Source of the DNA: the human T2T-CHM13v2.0 reference genome, Homo sapiens
Assembly: GCF_009914755.1 (NCBI RefSeq)
Contig: NC_060928.1
Direction: 5' to 3' (one strand)
Length of the DNA: 64,000 nucleotides
Both the position numbers and the translations under genes were made by a program. This document shows positions 34,250-49,989 of this stretch, piece by piece. Under the pieces are notes generated by a model. That model was not told the origin of the DNA. It did not search any database and was given only the letters and a program-made list of their open reading frames with translations. Each line of letters starts with the position of its first letter. The first letter of the stretch is position 1.

Positions 34250-34540
34250 GCCGGGCGCGGTGGCTCACGCCTGTAATCCCAGCACTTTGGGAGGCCGAGG
34301 CGGGTGGATCATGAGGTTAGGAGATTGAGACCATCCTGGCTAACACGGTGAAACCCCGTCTCTACTAAAAATACAAAAAAATTAGCTGGGCGTGGTGGCT
34401 GGCGCCTGTAGTCTCAGCTACTCTGGAGGCTGAGGCAAGAGAATGGCATGAACCCAGGAGGTGGAGATTGTAGTGAACCGAGATAGCCACTACACTCCAG
34501 CCTGGGCGAAAGAGCGAAACTCCGTCTCAAAAAAAAAAAG
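34250..34540 (+). mobile_element. AluY/AluSc-type
   Basis: accatcctggctaacacggtg diagnostic; TSD aaactagtaatatt. Confidence 0.95.
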
Positions 34541-35878
34541 AAACTAGTAATATTATCTTTTATTGTAATAAAAAATCCTTAATGTGATAGATGTTTCTCT
34601 AAAATCTTAAATAGAGTAATAAAAAATAGGAAGTGATGAGAAATGAGATTGGACATACGTGTGAAACCAGATCTAAAAGCTGTTGCAGCAGTCCAGGGAT
34701 AAACGAAGAGTTTGTAAGAGAGGTCAGAGATGATGGTGATCTGATCTAATATAGGAGTAGCGGGGATGAAGGCAAATGGATTTGAAAACATTAAGGAGAA
34801 AGAAGAGAAATAATCAAACATATCTGAAAGCTGACTATAGAGGTGCACAAAGGGGATACAGAAAGAGGAGCAATCTATGGACCACATTTAGGTCATTCTA
34901 TGGACCACATTTAGGTTGTTTTCAAGATCATGGTTATTGGAAACTATAGTTTCTTCTACAGTATTTGAATTTTAGTTAAAATCAATGCCAAAAAGCCCAC
35001 ACAAACAAATAATTTTCAGTATTCAAATGAATTAAGCTATGATGGTGTGATAACAAGTAGCAAGATTGATGAGGTTTTTTGACACAACTCATTCTAGTAA
35101 ACTCCTTTAAGTTAGTCATATATGGGCTACTCTGCTTGCTCATAAAGGGGCACGGCATACTAGAATTCAAGTTGAAAGGATTCTTCTTTGGTGTTGCACT
35201 GCTGGCTAGCACACTCCTTTAAAAATCACATTTCAATAATTCTTAAATAAATTACCTGTAAACATTTAAAGAATCATTATCAAGTGCCCAACACTATACT
35301 ATAGACTGTTATGCTTAACCAAATAGTTATGTTCATATATAGATACCGATTCAACATACTCTGCCAATAATTTCTAGTGGTCTGGTGCCTGTGGACATAC
35401 ATGCCCAGTTCACAGAGGTCTGTGTTATACGGCCAACGTGTACTTTTCTAGATTTCAGAATAGGAGTCCAAAAAATTGAATAATCCTAGCTGCAATGTTT
35501 TGTGCAATATTTCTCCTCTGGAAGTATGACCTTAATTATTAGCAATACTGATTTTTAAAAACTATTTCACCCAATTAATCCTAGTGCTTATGTTCAGGAC
35601 TATGTATTCCTTTATTATCAACAGTCTTCATAATAATTCTTAGAATCAATAGCATTTTCAAGTTTGTAAGATGAGAAACAAGTTTCATTATACAGCAGTG
35701 GTACAATTATGGGAATTCAAGTTTCTTAGGTCTGTTAAATACTGGGGGCACATTATATCATGTTTTAAAAGTTCAAATGCATTTCAAAAAGCTGAAATTC
35801 TACTTTGATCAGAAAGGATCAAAACTGGAAGAAGAGTTTGGCCTAGAAAAGAAACAATAATTGATAAAATTCACTAGC

Positions 35879-36110
35879 TTTCATTCATTCATTCATTCAT
35901 TCATTCAACAAATATGTTCTGGATATCTACTAGTGCTGGACACTCTTTTAAGAGCTAGGGATACAGTGAGGAATAAAACAAACTTTATGGAGCTGATAGT
36001 CCCATAGGAAAGACAGACTGTTTTAAAACATGTAATGAAACAAGTATAAAACATAATTACTGACAGTGATGAATGCTAGGAGAAACAAAGATAGGCAATG
36101 GGACAGAATA
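35879..36110 (-). mobile_element. L2 3' end with (TTCA)n tail
   Basis: (ttca)n caacaaatat..gtgctggacact..gctagggatacagtga. Confidence 0.7.
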
Positions 36111-36949
36111 AGTTCTTAGTGGCAAAGCCTTATTCATCTTGTGTTTCTAGCATTTAGCAGAATGCTTGGAAAAGAATGGTCACTCAGTTGTCATATAAAT
36201 TAAACTGAGTTTTAAGGGATCTGCTTTTGTTTCTGGATCCATTTGTATACATCTGCAGACTGAAGTATTAGACATTTTAAATTGCAAGGTATAATTCTGA
36301 ACTTGATAGAGTGAAAAGATGGACAGCCAAGATGCTAATAATACTGCTGAACACTTTTACAGGGATACTAAAATTCTGAATCAGAGCAGATTTGGGTATT
36401 TTCAGGTAAGTGTATGAATACGTTAAAGCAAGTATATAAAATATTAATGAGCTTCTATTATTGCAGTTAATATATATCATTTTAATAGTCTACATGTTAT
36501 TTTTAACACAAAAATGACATTAAACCAAATTGATTTGTTACTTTTTTTTGTTCTGAAAACAATGGGAAAATCAAATGTAATGAAACCAATAAAGGAGTAG
36601 CACTGCCTTTCTCTTATACTTGACCCAAAATATCTGCCAAGTGGCAGAAGCTTTCTCTGAGTAGATTTACAGTTTCTAATCACCAAAGCATACTGACTGA
36701 CGAAAAAGCTAAAAGACTTGAAGTCTTTACAGGACATCCTCAGCACAGGCAGTCCATCATTAAGGAAGAAACATAGTTAAAAATTACGGTACATTTTTTC
36801 AAGATGTTTTGAAGATTTCAGCCAATGCAACAGACACTTACTTTTTCATCTACCGTTTCAACACAGTGTAAAAACAAATCAAAGTTAGGCACTTTTGGTC
36901 CATTAGAGCAATGTGTCCTTGTATCATAGGCTTAGGATCCTATACTATA

Positions 36950-37490
36950 AGTTGCTTCAAGGTATAGTATAGTTATACGTCTTGACTTAGTTCTGACTTG
37001 TCAAGACTTAAATGTCTTGACTTAGTTCTGAGACCCTGGCAAAGAGGCTGGTCAGTTCCTGTTTTGAGAAGCTGAGTGTACAACTCCAACCACTTCCCTT
37101 ATTGGGCTGTCACATTCTGGGCCACTACATCTGCCGTAATCACTCTAGGGCCAGGAACCAGAAAAAACCAACCAACCAACCAACCAAACCAGAAACAGCC
37201 ACTACGCCGTGGAGCCCACTGAACTTGTTCACATCAGCCAATCTAAAACTTGTTCACCATGGCGTCACCTGTTCCTTTCTGTAAAAACCACAATAAAATG
37301 TGTGCTCACAGTTGCCCCCTTCACCTTCTACCTCGTGACTGACCCCAGTGCTTCTCGAGTGGTCCTGTGTGGTGTGCTGTGTTTGTCCAGGGAACTGTGA
37401 GCATAACAAACTGTAAAACTCTTTCCATTTTCTCTCTCTTGATCTGCATCTGGCCTCACCATCTCATACAAAGTAATATAGTTAAAATAT
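36950..37490 (+). mobile_element. ERVL LTR (MER74/MER54-like)
   Basis: agccaatc box, aaaccacaataaa, gggaactgtgag and tggcctcaccat motifs. Confidence 0.6.
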
Positions 37491-38429
37491 AATGGTACAC
37501 AACATATTGATTTTAGTCAAGAAATAATATTAAGATCAACTACTGTTTCTTAATTATTATGTATTATTTAAGTGCCACATTGGTTTTAATGATCCTGATA
37601 CTAATCCCCAGCAATAGTTCTGATAATTTATTTTATAGCCACAGTCCATTTCAATTTCCAGGATGCTGTAATTGACCACAGACATATGTAAACTCTGTAT
37701 GGGACAAAAATTATTGGAAGCCAAGTTCTCGATTACTGTGCTAAGTGAGGTGGGATACTTTTAAAGAATATATGTTTGGATCTAGTAAAGGTATACTAAG
37801 TTATTCAGATTAATCAATTCAGTAAAAACTCCACAACTCTGTAAAAGCATCAAACAGAGGAAAATATAGTGAAAATGTTCCAAGACAATTTCTGAATGAA
37901 AGCTTATAATGAGAAAAGCTAACAGAATCTTGGAGCACCAATACTTCCTCTTTCCTGGATGGCATTTACAATACTGCACACTTGGGATCTGACCCTGTTA
38001 CCACTGAGAGAAAGGGGTGTGGTGGAGAGATCCTCTCCATCGTTGATCTGGCATCCCAAAAGAGCATCACTTCAAGGTTAAAGTGAACCATATCTGAAAG
38101 CATGCCACTTCTCTCAAAGTCACAGGACTACAGGGAAGCTACTTTGGTTATGAACAAAGCAGAAGAAAAAACGTATTCTTCTGTGGCCACAGACCACAGA
38201 TACACCTCAAAATTAACAAAGCCCAGAAACCCCACCCTTAGTTGAAGTTCTCACACCCAGTAGTGCTCTCAGGCACCCAGAAGAGGCAAAGGCAAAGATT
38301 CTCTATGGAAGCTTTACAACAAAAATTTTCAATGGCAATTACTAATAAATAGATAGAGAAACCAGATAAGATGCTTAGGAACCAAAAGAAACAGATCTGT
38401 CTGATGACAGATATTGGAGTGGTCAGAAA

Positions 38430-41400
38430 CAAACTTTGAAACTAAGGAATACAATAAAATGGTACAGGACATAAAACACAAAATGATCACTCTAAGAAAG
38501 GACCAAACTGAACTGATAGAGCAGGAAAACTCACTTCAAGAATTTCATAATACAATCAATCACAAGTATTAACAGTGCAATCAACCAACCTGAGGAAAGA
38601 ATCTCAGAGTTTGAAGACTGGTTTCTCTGAAATAACTCAGATAAAAACAAAGAAAAAACAACAGAGAAGAATGAATAAAGCTTCTGAGAAATATAGGCTT
38701 ATGTAAAGAGACCAAATGTATGATCTAGGATCAAACCTCCACATACCAATATTAACCTTGAATGTAAATAGGCTAAATGCTCCAAATTAAACGGCATAGA
38801 GTGGCAAGTTGGATGAAGAAGCAAGACCCAACTGTATGTGATCTACAAGGAACCCATCTCACATGCAAAGATACCCGTAGGCTCAAAATAAAGGAAAAGA
38901 GAAAAACCAAATGGAAAACAGAACAAAGCAGGGATTGCTATTCTAATTTCAGACAAAACAGTCTTTAAACCCATAATGATCAAAAAAGACAAAGAATAAC
39001 ATTATATAATGGTAAAAGGTTCAATTCAACAAGAAGACCTAACTATCCTAAATATATATGCATCTAGCACAGGAGCACCCAGGTTCATAAGGCAAATTCT
39101 TAGAGACCTACAAAGAGACTTAGATAAGCACACAATAATAGTGGGAGATTTCAACATGCCACTGACAGTATTAGGCAGATGATCAAATCAGAAAACTAGC
39201 AAAGATATTCAGGATCTGCACAGGACATTTGACTAAATTGGCCTAACAGATATTTATAGACCTCTCCACCCAAAACAAACAGAATATACATTCTTCTCAT
39301 CTGCACATGGCACATACTCTAAAATTGACCACAATCAGCTGCAAAACAATCCTCAGCAAATTAAAAAAAAAATCATACTAAACACACTCTTGGACCACAG
39401 TGCAATAAAAATAAAAATCAATACTAAGGAAATTGCTCATAATCATATGATTAATGGAAATTAAACAACCTGCCCCTGAATGACTTTTGGGGAAACTATA
39501 AAACTAAGGCAGAAACCAATAAATTATTTGAAACTAATGAGAACAAAGATACAACATACCAGAATCTTGGGGACACAGCTAAAGCAGTGTTAAGCAGAAG
39601 TTTATAGTGCTAAACGCCCTCAAAAAGTTAGAAAGACCTCAAATTAACAACTTAACATCACACCTAGAGGAACAAGGCAAACCAACCCCAGAGCTAGCAG
39701 AAGACAATAAATAACAAAAATCAGAGTTGAACTGAAGGAAATAGAGATGCAAAAAACCATACTAAAGATCAACAAATCCAGAAGTTGGTTTTTGAAAGAA
39801 TAAGATTGATAGACCACCAGCTAGACTAATAAAGAAAAAGAAAAGATCCAAATAAATAATCATAATGACAAGGGGATATTACTATTAACCCCACAGAAAT
39901 ACAAAAAAAAAATAACCTCAGAGACTACTATGAACATCTCTATGCACACAAACCAGAAAACCTAGAAATGGATAAATTCTTAGAAACATACAACCTTCCA
40001 ATATTGAACTAGGAAGAAATTCAATCCCTGAACAAACCAATAGTGAGTTCAGAAACTGAATCAATAATAAAAGTCTATCAACCAGAAAAATCCCAGGGTC
40101 AGAAGGATTCACAGCCAAATTCTACCAGATGTAAGAGAAGAGCTGATACCATTCCTACTGAGACTACTCCAAAAAATTGAGGAGAAGGGACTTCTCTTTA
40201 ACTCATTCTATGAGGCCATAATCATCCTGATATCAAAATCTGACAAAGACACAAGAAAAAAAGAAAACTTCAGGCCAATATTCCTGATGATCATAGATGC
40301 AAAAGTCCTCAACAAATACTAGCAAATTGAATCCAGCAGCACATCAAAAAGACGATCCGCCACAATCAAGTAAGCTTTATTCCTGGGATGCAAGGTTGGT
40401 TCAACATACACAAATCAAGAAATGTGATTCACCACATAAACAGAACTAAAAACAAAAATCACATTATCATCTCAACAGATGCAGATCCTCTGTCATCTGG
40501 GCTGGAGTGTAGTGGCACAATATTGGCTAAGTGAAACCTTGGCCTCCCAGGTTCAAATGATTCTCATACATCAGCCTCCCCAATAGCTGGAATTACAGGC
40601 ACACGCCACCACGCCCAGCTAATTTTTGTATTTTTAGTAGAGATGGGGTTTTGCCATGTTGGCCAGGCTGGTCTTGAAGTCCTAGCCTCAAGTGATCTGC
40701 CTGCCTCGGCCTCCTAAAGTGCTGGGCGTAAGCCACTGTGCCCAGCCTAGAAAAGGCTTTTAATAAAATTCAATATCCCCTCATGTTAAAAACCCTCAAC
40801 AAACTAGGCATTGAATGAACATATCTCAAAATGATAAAAGCCATATATGATAGACCCACAGATAACATTGTAATGAATGGGCAAAAGCTGGAAGCATTCC
40901 CCCTGATAACTGGAACAAGACAAGGATGCCCACTCTCACTACCCCTATTCAACATAGTACTGGAATCCTAGGCAGAGCAATGAGGCAAAAGAAAGAAGTA
41001 AAAGGCATCCAAATAGGTAGAGAGGAAGTCAAACTATCTCTGTTTATGGATGATATAATTCTAGACCTAGAAAACCAATTAGTCTCTGCCCACAAGCTCC
41101 TAGATCTGATAACTTCAGCAGTTTCAGGATACAAAATTAATGTACCAAAATCCATTGCATTTCTATACATCAGTGACATCTAAGCAGAGACCCAAATCAA
41201 GAACACAATCCCATTCACAAAAGCCACAAAAAGAATAAAATACAAATATAGCTAACCAGGGAGGGGAAAGATCTCTACAATGAGAGTAACAGAACACTGC
41301 TCAAAGAAATTGGGGATGATACAAATGAATGAAAAAACATTCCATGCTATGGATAGGAAGAATCAATATTATTAAAATGGTCATATTGCCCAAAGCAATT

Positions 41401-42975
41401 TACAGATTCAGTGCTATTCCTATCAAACTACCAATGACATTCTTCACAGAATTAGACAAAAAAAACTATTTAAAAATTCATATGGAACCAAAAAAGAGAT
41501 CGAATAGCCAAGGCAATTCTAAGCAAAAAGAACAAAGCTGGAGGCACCATGTTAATGAATGAAAAACTATACTACAAGGCCACAGCAACCAAAACAGCAT
41601 GGTACTGGTAAAAAATAAGACACATAGACCAATGGAACAGAATAGACAGCCCAGAAATAAAGTCACACACCCACAATCATTTGATCTTTGACAAAGTAGA
41701 CAAAAACAAGTAATGGGGAAAGAACTCCCTATTCAATAAATGGTGCTCAGATAACTGTCCATATGTGGAAGACTGAAGGTGGACCCCTAATATCATATAC
41801 ACAAATCTTCTTAAGGTTGATTAGAAAATTAAATGTAAAACCTAAAACTACAAAAACCCAGAAAGATAACCTAGGGAATACCATCTGGACATAGGCCCTG
41901 GCAAAGATTTTATGATGAAGACTCCAAGACCAATTGCAACAAAAATAAAAGTTGACATGTGGGACCTAATTAAACTAAACAGCTTCTGCAGAGCAAAAGA
42001 AAATATCAACAGAGTAAATAGACAATCTACAGAATGGGAGAGAATATTAGCAAACTGTGCATGCTATAAAAGTCTAATATCCAGAATCTACAATATAGTT
42101 AAACAAATTTATAAGAAAAAAACAAACAACCCCATTATAAAGTGGGCAAAGGACAAGAACAGACACTTTCAAAAGAAAACATACATGCGGCCAACAAGCA
42201 TATGAAAAAATGCCCAACATCACTGATCATTAGAGAAATGCAAATCAAAACCACAATGAGATACTATCTCACCCACATCAGAATTGATATTATTAAAAAG
42301 TCAGAAAAATAACAGATGCTGGCAAGGTTGTGGAGAAAACGGAATGCCTATCCTCTGCTGGTGAAAATGGAAACTAGTTCAGCCACTGTGGAAAGCAGTT
42401 AGGAGATTTCTCAAAGAACTTAAAACAGAAGTATACCATTCAACCCAGCATTCCCATTATTAGGTATATGCCCCAAGGAATATAAATTGTTTTTACTACA
42501 AAGACGCATGCTTGTGTAGATTCACTGTGGCACTATTCACAAGAGCAAAATCATGAAATCAACTTAAATGCCCATCAATGGTAGACTGGATTAAAAAAAT
42601 ATGGTATATATACCCCAAGGAATACAAAGCAGCCATAAAAAAGAATGAGATTATGTCCTTTGCAGCAACACGGATGGAGTTGGAGGCCACAGTCCTAAGT
42701 GAACTAACGCAGGAACAGAAAAACAAATACTGCATGTTCTCACTTACAAGTGAGAGCTAAATATTGAGTATACATGGACACAAAGAAGGAAACAGCAGAC
42801 ACCTACTTGAGGATGGAGGGTGGGAGTAGGGAGATGATCAGAAAACTATCAAGTACTATGCTTATTGTCTGTGTAACAAAATAATAGGTATACCAAACCC
42901 TTGTGACATGCAACTTCCCTACACAACAAACCTGCTCATGTACCCATGAACCTAAAATAATAGTTAACAAACCAA
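38430..42975 (+). mobile_element. 5'-truncated older L1 (L1PA15/16-like) with an internal deletion and an Alu insertion
   Basis: Degenerate ORF1 and ORF2 homologous to the L1 at 15.7-21.9 kb; 3'UTR tactatgcttatt..ccaaacccttgtgacatg..gaacctaaaataa. Confidence 0.9.
40486..40747 (-). mobile_element. Alu lacking its 3' end and A tail, inside L1 ORF2
   Basis: Interrupts the L1 motif agatgcaga|aaaggc. Confidence 0.9.
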
Positions 42976-43177
42976 CCAACCAACCCCTTGAGAATATACA
43001 ACAGCAAATTGAACATTAAAAAAGATAATTTGTAAAATAACAGATCAGAAGAGACTGTGTGACTGCAGCACAATGAAAAAAGATGAAAAATAAAGAGGGT
43101 GAGAGACAAATAAATGCAATATAACAGTTTAAAATACCTTTGATCAGAATCTTAGGAGGACAGGAGACAGTGAATCA

Positions 43178-43681
<504 letters not shown>

Positions 43682-44001
43682 TCACTGCCCCACCCCTCAA
43701 ATCCCAGTCCTAGGCATCCAAACTGTTTTATCATTATAAATTAGAATTGCCTTCTCTAGAATTTCACACATATGGGATCATACAGTATATAGTCTTCTAT
43801 ATCTGTTTTTTTTTTCAATCTCCTTTTTGAGATTCATCCATGTTGTTGAGTGTATCAGTGGTTTGTTCCTTTTTATTTCTGAGTGTTTATCCATGCACCT
43901 GGTGATGTACATTTGGGTTCTCATTTTCAGCCATTATAAATATCTACAAACATTTGTGTACAGGTTTTTTGTGTCGATATATTTTGGTTTTATTTTTGGA
44001 A

Positions 44002-44198
44002 AGAGTCTTGGTCTGTTGCCCAGGCTGGAGTGCAGTGGCATGATCAGGGTTCACAGCTGCAAACTCCCAGGCTCAGGTGATCCTCCTACCTCAGCTTCCC
44101 AAGTATCTGGGACTTTAGGCATGCACTGCCATGCCTGGTTAATTTTATTATTTTTTATTTTGTAGAGACGAGGTCTCACTCTGTTGCCCAGGTTGGTC
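44002..44198 (-). mobile_element. Partial AluJ
   Basis: Right arm and part of the left arm; ends abruptly. Confidence 0.8.
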
Positions 44199-44425
44199 TA
44201 TGTGTGGATGTGTTTTCATTTCTCTTGGGTAACATCTGTGAGTAAAACTGCATGTCTGCATGATGAGTATACATTTAACTTTGCAGTAAAATTGTCTATT
44301 ATTACTGAGTTGTAAGATTAAAAAAAAATCAAGTACTTTGTCAGATATACTAATTGCAATTTTTTTCTCACAGTCTTTTTTCATTTTCTTAATGGTGGCT
44401 TTTGAAAAGCAGACATTTTAAAAAT

Positions 44426-44738
44426 TTTATTTATTTTTATTTTTTATTATTTATTTATATTTGAGACAGAGTCTTGCTCTGTGGCACAGGCTGGAGTGCA
44501 GTAGCACAATCTTGGCTCACCACCTCCCAGGCTCAAGCAATTCTCGCTCTTCAGCTTCCTGAGTAGCTGGGATTACAAGTGTGGGCCACTATACCTGGCT
44601 AATTTTTTGTATTTTTAGTAGAGACGGGGGTTTCATCTTGTTAGCCAGAGTGGTTTTGAACTCCTAGCCTCAAGCTGATCTGCCCACCTTGACCTCTAAA
44701 AGTGTTGGGATTACAGGCATGAGCCACTGCCCCTGGCC
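44426..44738 (-). mobile_element. Alu (J/old S)
   Basis: (TTTA)n tail followed by an antisense dimer. Confidence 0.9.
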
Positions 44739-44911
44739 AGAAGTTTTTAATTTAATATAGTCCACTTTATCAAATTTTTTGTACTTTATTATTGTGTCTT
44801 GGAAGAAATTTTTGCTTATCATAAGATTTTCTTTTAGATATTTTATTGTTTTCCTTTTTTATGCTTAGGTCTATGATTCATTTCAGGTTATTTTTGTGTA
44901 TGGTGTGATGT

Positions 44912-45473
44912 AATGGCGTGGCACGTAAGCTCTGAAACGAACCTCAATGATCCCTACCTTATGAGGTCCTTATGAAGTCTCACCTATGTGGGCTCTACCC
45001 AGGGACTCACTTTTAATTGATAGAATATGGTTAACGTGATATGATGTCACTTTCAAGATTAGCTTAAACAAAGATCTTGACTTTTGTTTTACTTTCTCTC
45101 TTTCAACTTCCTTCCCTTTCGCCCTCACTCCTCTCTCCTCACTCTGAGGGAAGCAAGCTACCACATTTTAGACCCATAAAGAGACCAACAAGGCAAGGAA
45201 CTGATGTCTCCTGCCAATGCCAGTTAAGACCCGAGGCCTGCCAACACCTACAGAGTGAGCCTGGGAGCAGATCCTTTCCTGGTCAAGCTCTGAGATAATG
45301 CAGCTTTAGTCAATGCGTTGATTGCAACTTTATGAGAAACCCTGAGTCAGAGGCATTCTGATTCAGACATGTCTAGATTCCTAATCCTCAAAAACTGTGA
45401 GAAAATAAATGTTCGCTGTTTTAAGTCACTAAATTTTGGAGCAATTTGTTATGCAGTAGTAGATAACTACACA
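44912..45473 (+). mobile_element. MLT1F-like LTR
   Basis: ctctgagggaagcaagct, gagaaaccctgagtcaga and aataaatgttcgctgttttaagtcactaaattttgg. Confidence 0.75.
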
Positions 45474-45513
45474 AAGCGTTTTCATCAAGTTTGGAAAAAA
45501 TTTGGCCGTTAGT

Positions 45514-45790
45514 TCTTTTTTTTTTTGGAGCTGGAGTCTCACTCTGTCATCCAGGCTGGAGTGCAGCGGCATGATCTTGGCTCACTGCAACCTCTGCCTC
45601 CTGCCTCAGCCTCCCAAGTAGCTGAGATTACAGGCATGTGCCACCACTCCTGGCTAATTTTTGTATTTTTAGCAGAGATGGGGTTTCACCATGTTGGCCA
45701 GGCTGGTCTCGAACTCCTGACCTCAAGTGATCCACTTGCCTTGGCCTCCCAAAGTGCTAGGATTACAGGCGTCAGCCACGGTGTCTGGCC
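45514..45790 (-). mobile_element. AluS-type with a ~20-nt internal deletion
   Basis: cctctgcctc|ctgcctcagc junction. Confidence 0.92.
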
Positions 45791-47464
45791 CATTATTTCT
45801 TAAAACACTCCCACACTCCCATCCCTGCCCTCCTGGGACTACAGTTGTATGTATTTTATACTGCTTGATATTGTCCCTAAAGTCTCTGAGGCTCTCTGTG
45901 CATAATTTTTCTTTGGTCTTTTTTTCTCACTATGTTTCATTTTTGGATGGTTTCTTTCGCTCTCTTCAAGTTCTCTGATCTTTTCTTGTGCAGTGTATGA
46001 TCTGCTGTTAATCCCATTTTGTGAGTTTTAAAATTCTCTAATATTTTTCATCCACAGGTTTCCATTGGTTCCTTTTTTGCATCTTCCACTTCTCTCCTTA
46101 TCATCTTCATGTGTTCCTTTAAATCACTAAGAATATTTACAATGGCTGGTTTAAAGTTCTCATGTTTTAATAATTTTAATTAATTAATAAAAATTAAAAA
46201 AATAATAATTTTATCCCCTCTCATTTCTGGGTGTGTTTTGATGCACTAGTTTTTGTTTTTCTTTTTTTCTGGTTATGGGTACCATTTTCCTGCTTTTGTT
46301 TATCTATTTTGTTGGATTTGTTCTGGCAGGTAATTAAGTTACTTGAGGACCAGCTTGTTCATTGTGAAGCTTGTTTTTAGCTTTTTCAAGACAGATTTTC
46401 AATTCTTTTTACTCTAGGCTAGTTTAGTTTTAACAATAGGATAAAGTGATCCTGAAATCTTTATTGTATACTCTGGGTGTTCAACAAGGATGTTCCACTC
46501 TGGCCGACTGGAACTCTCATGTCTCTTATTACTGCATAAACTCTTGATGTTTTGTCAGTTCACAGCTCCCAAAGATGTTATCTTTAATGTTCTAGAAGAA
46601 AACACCTGTCAACTTGGAATTCCATACCCAGCAAAAATATCTTTCAAGAATAAACAAAAAGTAAATATATTTTATGAGCAGCAGTTGAGAATTCACCACC
46701 AGTAGATCTTTACCAAAGGAACTTCTGAAAGACATAATTCAGACATAAGGAAAGTAGTCCCAGATGGAATGTATGAGAATAGTATTGTTCATATATATTT
46801 ATTACTTTATTCTACATTGCTTCTAGTATCTCATTCAGTAATATACAATAAATATATTACTGTTCATATATATTTATTACTTTGTTTTACATTTATTACT
46901 GTTCACATATAGTTTGTAACAGTAATATATTTTTTACTAAATGAATAGTAATTAACCTATCAACAATAATATATAAGCTGGGTAAGAGAAATTAATGGTG
47001 CTAATATGTTTCAAGGTTCTTGAGTTTTCTGGGAGGAGAATAAAAGCTTTGATTAACTTCAGACTTCCTAAGTATGTGTGGTATAACATGTAGGGTAGTT
47101 ACCAAAAGAATATGAGTAATTAATTTCCAAATATTGGGGAAAAAAGTAGAATGATTAAAAAAAACCAAATGAATTAAAAAGATGAGAAAGAAAAAAAGGA
47201 ATAAAGCAAAGATGTCAGAAGTAGAAAGTACTAAATAATACAATAAAAACAAATCCCAATATATTTTGAATTACACTAAATATCAGTGAATGAAATGGCC
47301 TGAAACTGAGCTATCTAGTGTTTCTAAATCTATGAAACAGAAACAATTAAGAAAAAAATAACTAAAATGACTGCATATGTTTAAGAACTTTAGAATTTAT
47401 ATGAAAATGTACTTATACATAACATGTAGATTAAAAAAGATAATAAATATTAGAAAATAATTTG

Positions 47465-47782
<318 letters not shown>

Positions 47783-48652
47783 CTATGTATATCAAAACGT
47801 ATACTAAAGCTAAGACATAGGGAAAAATTTATAACATTGAAGAATGCATGCATTAGGTGAAAATTTGAGCCATGCTTCTATTTCAAGAAGTAAGAAAAAA
47901 GAACAGCAACATGAAAGAAAGGAGAGGGGTAACAAAGAGCAGAAAGTAATAAAATTATGTAATAAACACAAAATAGAAAAGATTAAAAATCAAAGGTTAT
48001 TTATAAAGAGTAAAACAACTGAGAAACTCTGATAAGAGTGATAACGAAAAAAAGAGACAAGGTACAATAATATCAGGAATGCAAAAGGAAGTATTACAGA
48101 TGCTGCAGACATTAAATGGACAATAATATGAAAAACATCCAAAAATACTAAAAATTTAGAAGAAATTGACATATATCTATAAAAATATAATTTACCAAAA
48201 CTATGTCAATGAAGAAATATAAAATCTGAAGAATTCTATCACTGTTCAAGAAATTTTGATTGACTCAACGATAAAAAAACACTCCTACAAAAACCCAACA
48301 ACAACAAAAACAACAACAAAATTCCAGGCCAAGAGATTTCACTGGAGAATTCTATCAAATATTCAAGGAATAAACACTTCCAATACTCCGTAAAATATAC
48401 GAGATTACAGAAAAAGAAGGGCTACTCTCCAATTTGTTTTTGAGGCTAACATAACTGATATAACTTGAGAGTTCAAGAAAGGATTTCAGTCAATCTCTCT
48501 CATGAACATAGATAAAAATATATTAAATAAAATTCTAACAAATCAAATCCAGAAATATATATAAGGAGAATGCATTACAATCATGTTGGTTTTGTCACAG
48601 GAATGAAAATTTGGTACACTAGCAAAATCAATCCATAAAATTTATCCCATTA

Positions 48653-49102
<450 letters not shown>

Positions 49103-49989
49103 TTATATGAAATGATGAAAATTGAAAGCTTTCCTTTTAAGATTGGGAACAAGAATAAGAATCCTGATTATCCCTACTCTGTGCATTGCATTGGAAGTCC
49201 TAGCTAGTGCAATAAGCAAGAAAGAGAAACAAAACATACAGTTATTTGAAAGAGATAAAAATGTTCTATTGATAGATGATATGACCAAAATCCAAAAGAT
49301 TCTACAGCTTTTGTCCTAAGTAAGGTCACTGGTTAAAGAAAGTATCATCAGCAACAAATAGCTTTCACATTTCTGTGTATAAACAATGATGAGAAAATGA
49401 AATTAAAATAAATTTGACAAAGGTGTAAGATTTCTACAAGGAAATGAACTTTATTGAGACATTAAAGAAGACCTAAACAAATGGAGAGTTATTTCACGTC
49501 CATAGATTGAAAGACTTAATATTATAAAAATTTTAATTATGTTGCTTGTTCTAAATTTATTTATAGAGTCAACAGAATTCAAACTAAAATTCCATCAAAT
49601 TTATTTAAGGAACTTGACATACAATTCTAATATGAATACAGAAATGCCAAGAACCAAGAATAGGTAAGATACTTTTACAAAAAAGAACAAGGTAAGAGAA
49701 ATGGCTGTAATTAGGTATCAGGTCACTTTTCAAATCTTGTAGTTGTTTCAAAAGTGTCTTACAAAGGTATAATAAATAAGACAGTGTGGTATTGACACAA
49801 GGATAAGCAAACAAACCAAAAGAACATAAAAGAGATGTCAGAAACAGATCCACACACATATGAACACAAATTATGACAAAAGGGGCAGTGCAAAGTATAA
49901 TAGCAAGGAAAAGAGAGACTTGTCATTAAATGTTTCAGGGATGAATGGCTACAACATGGGAAAAACAGAAGTTGACTTGCATCTATCCT

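Noticed and set aside
46780-46940. AT-rich short repeats (tgttcatatatatttattacttt twice, with an inverted aacagtaa)
   Set aside because: Low-complexity slippage inside an old L1, with no sign of function.
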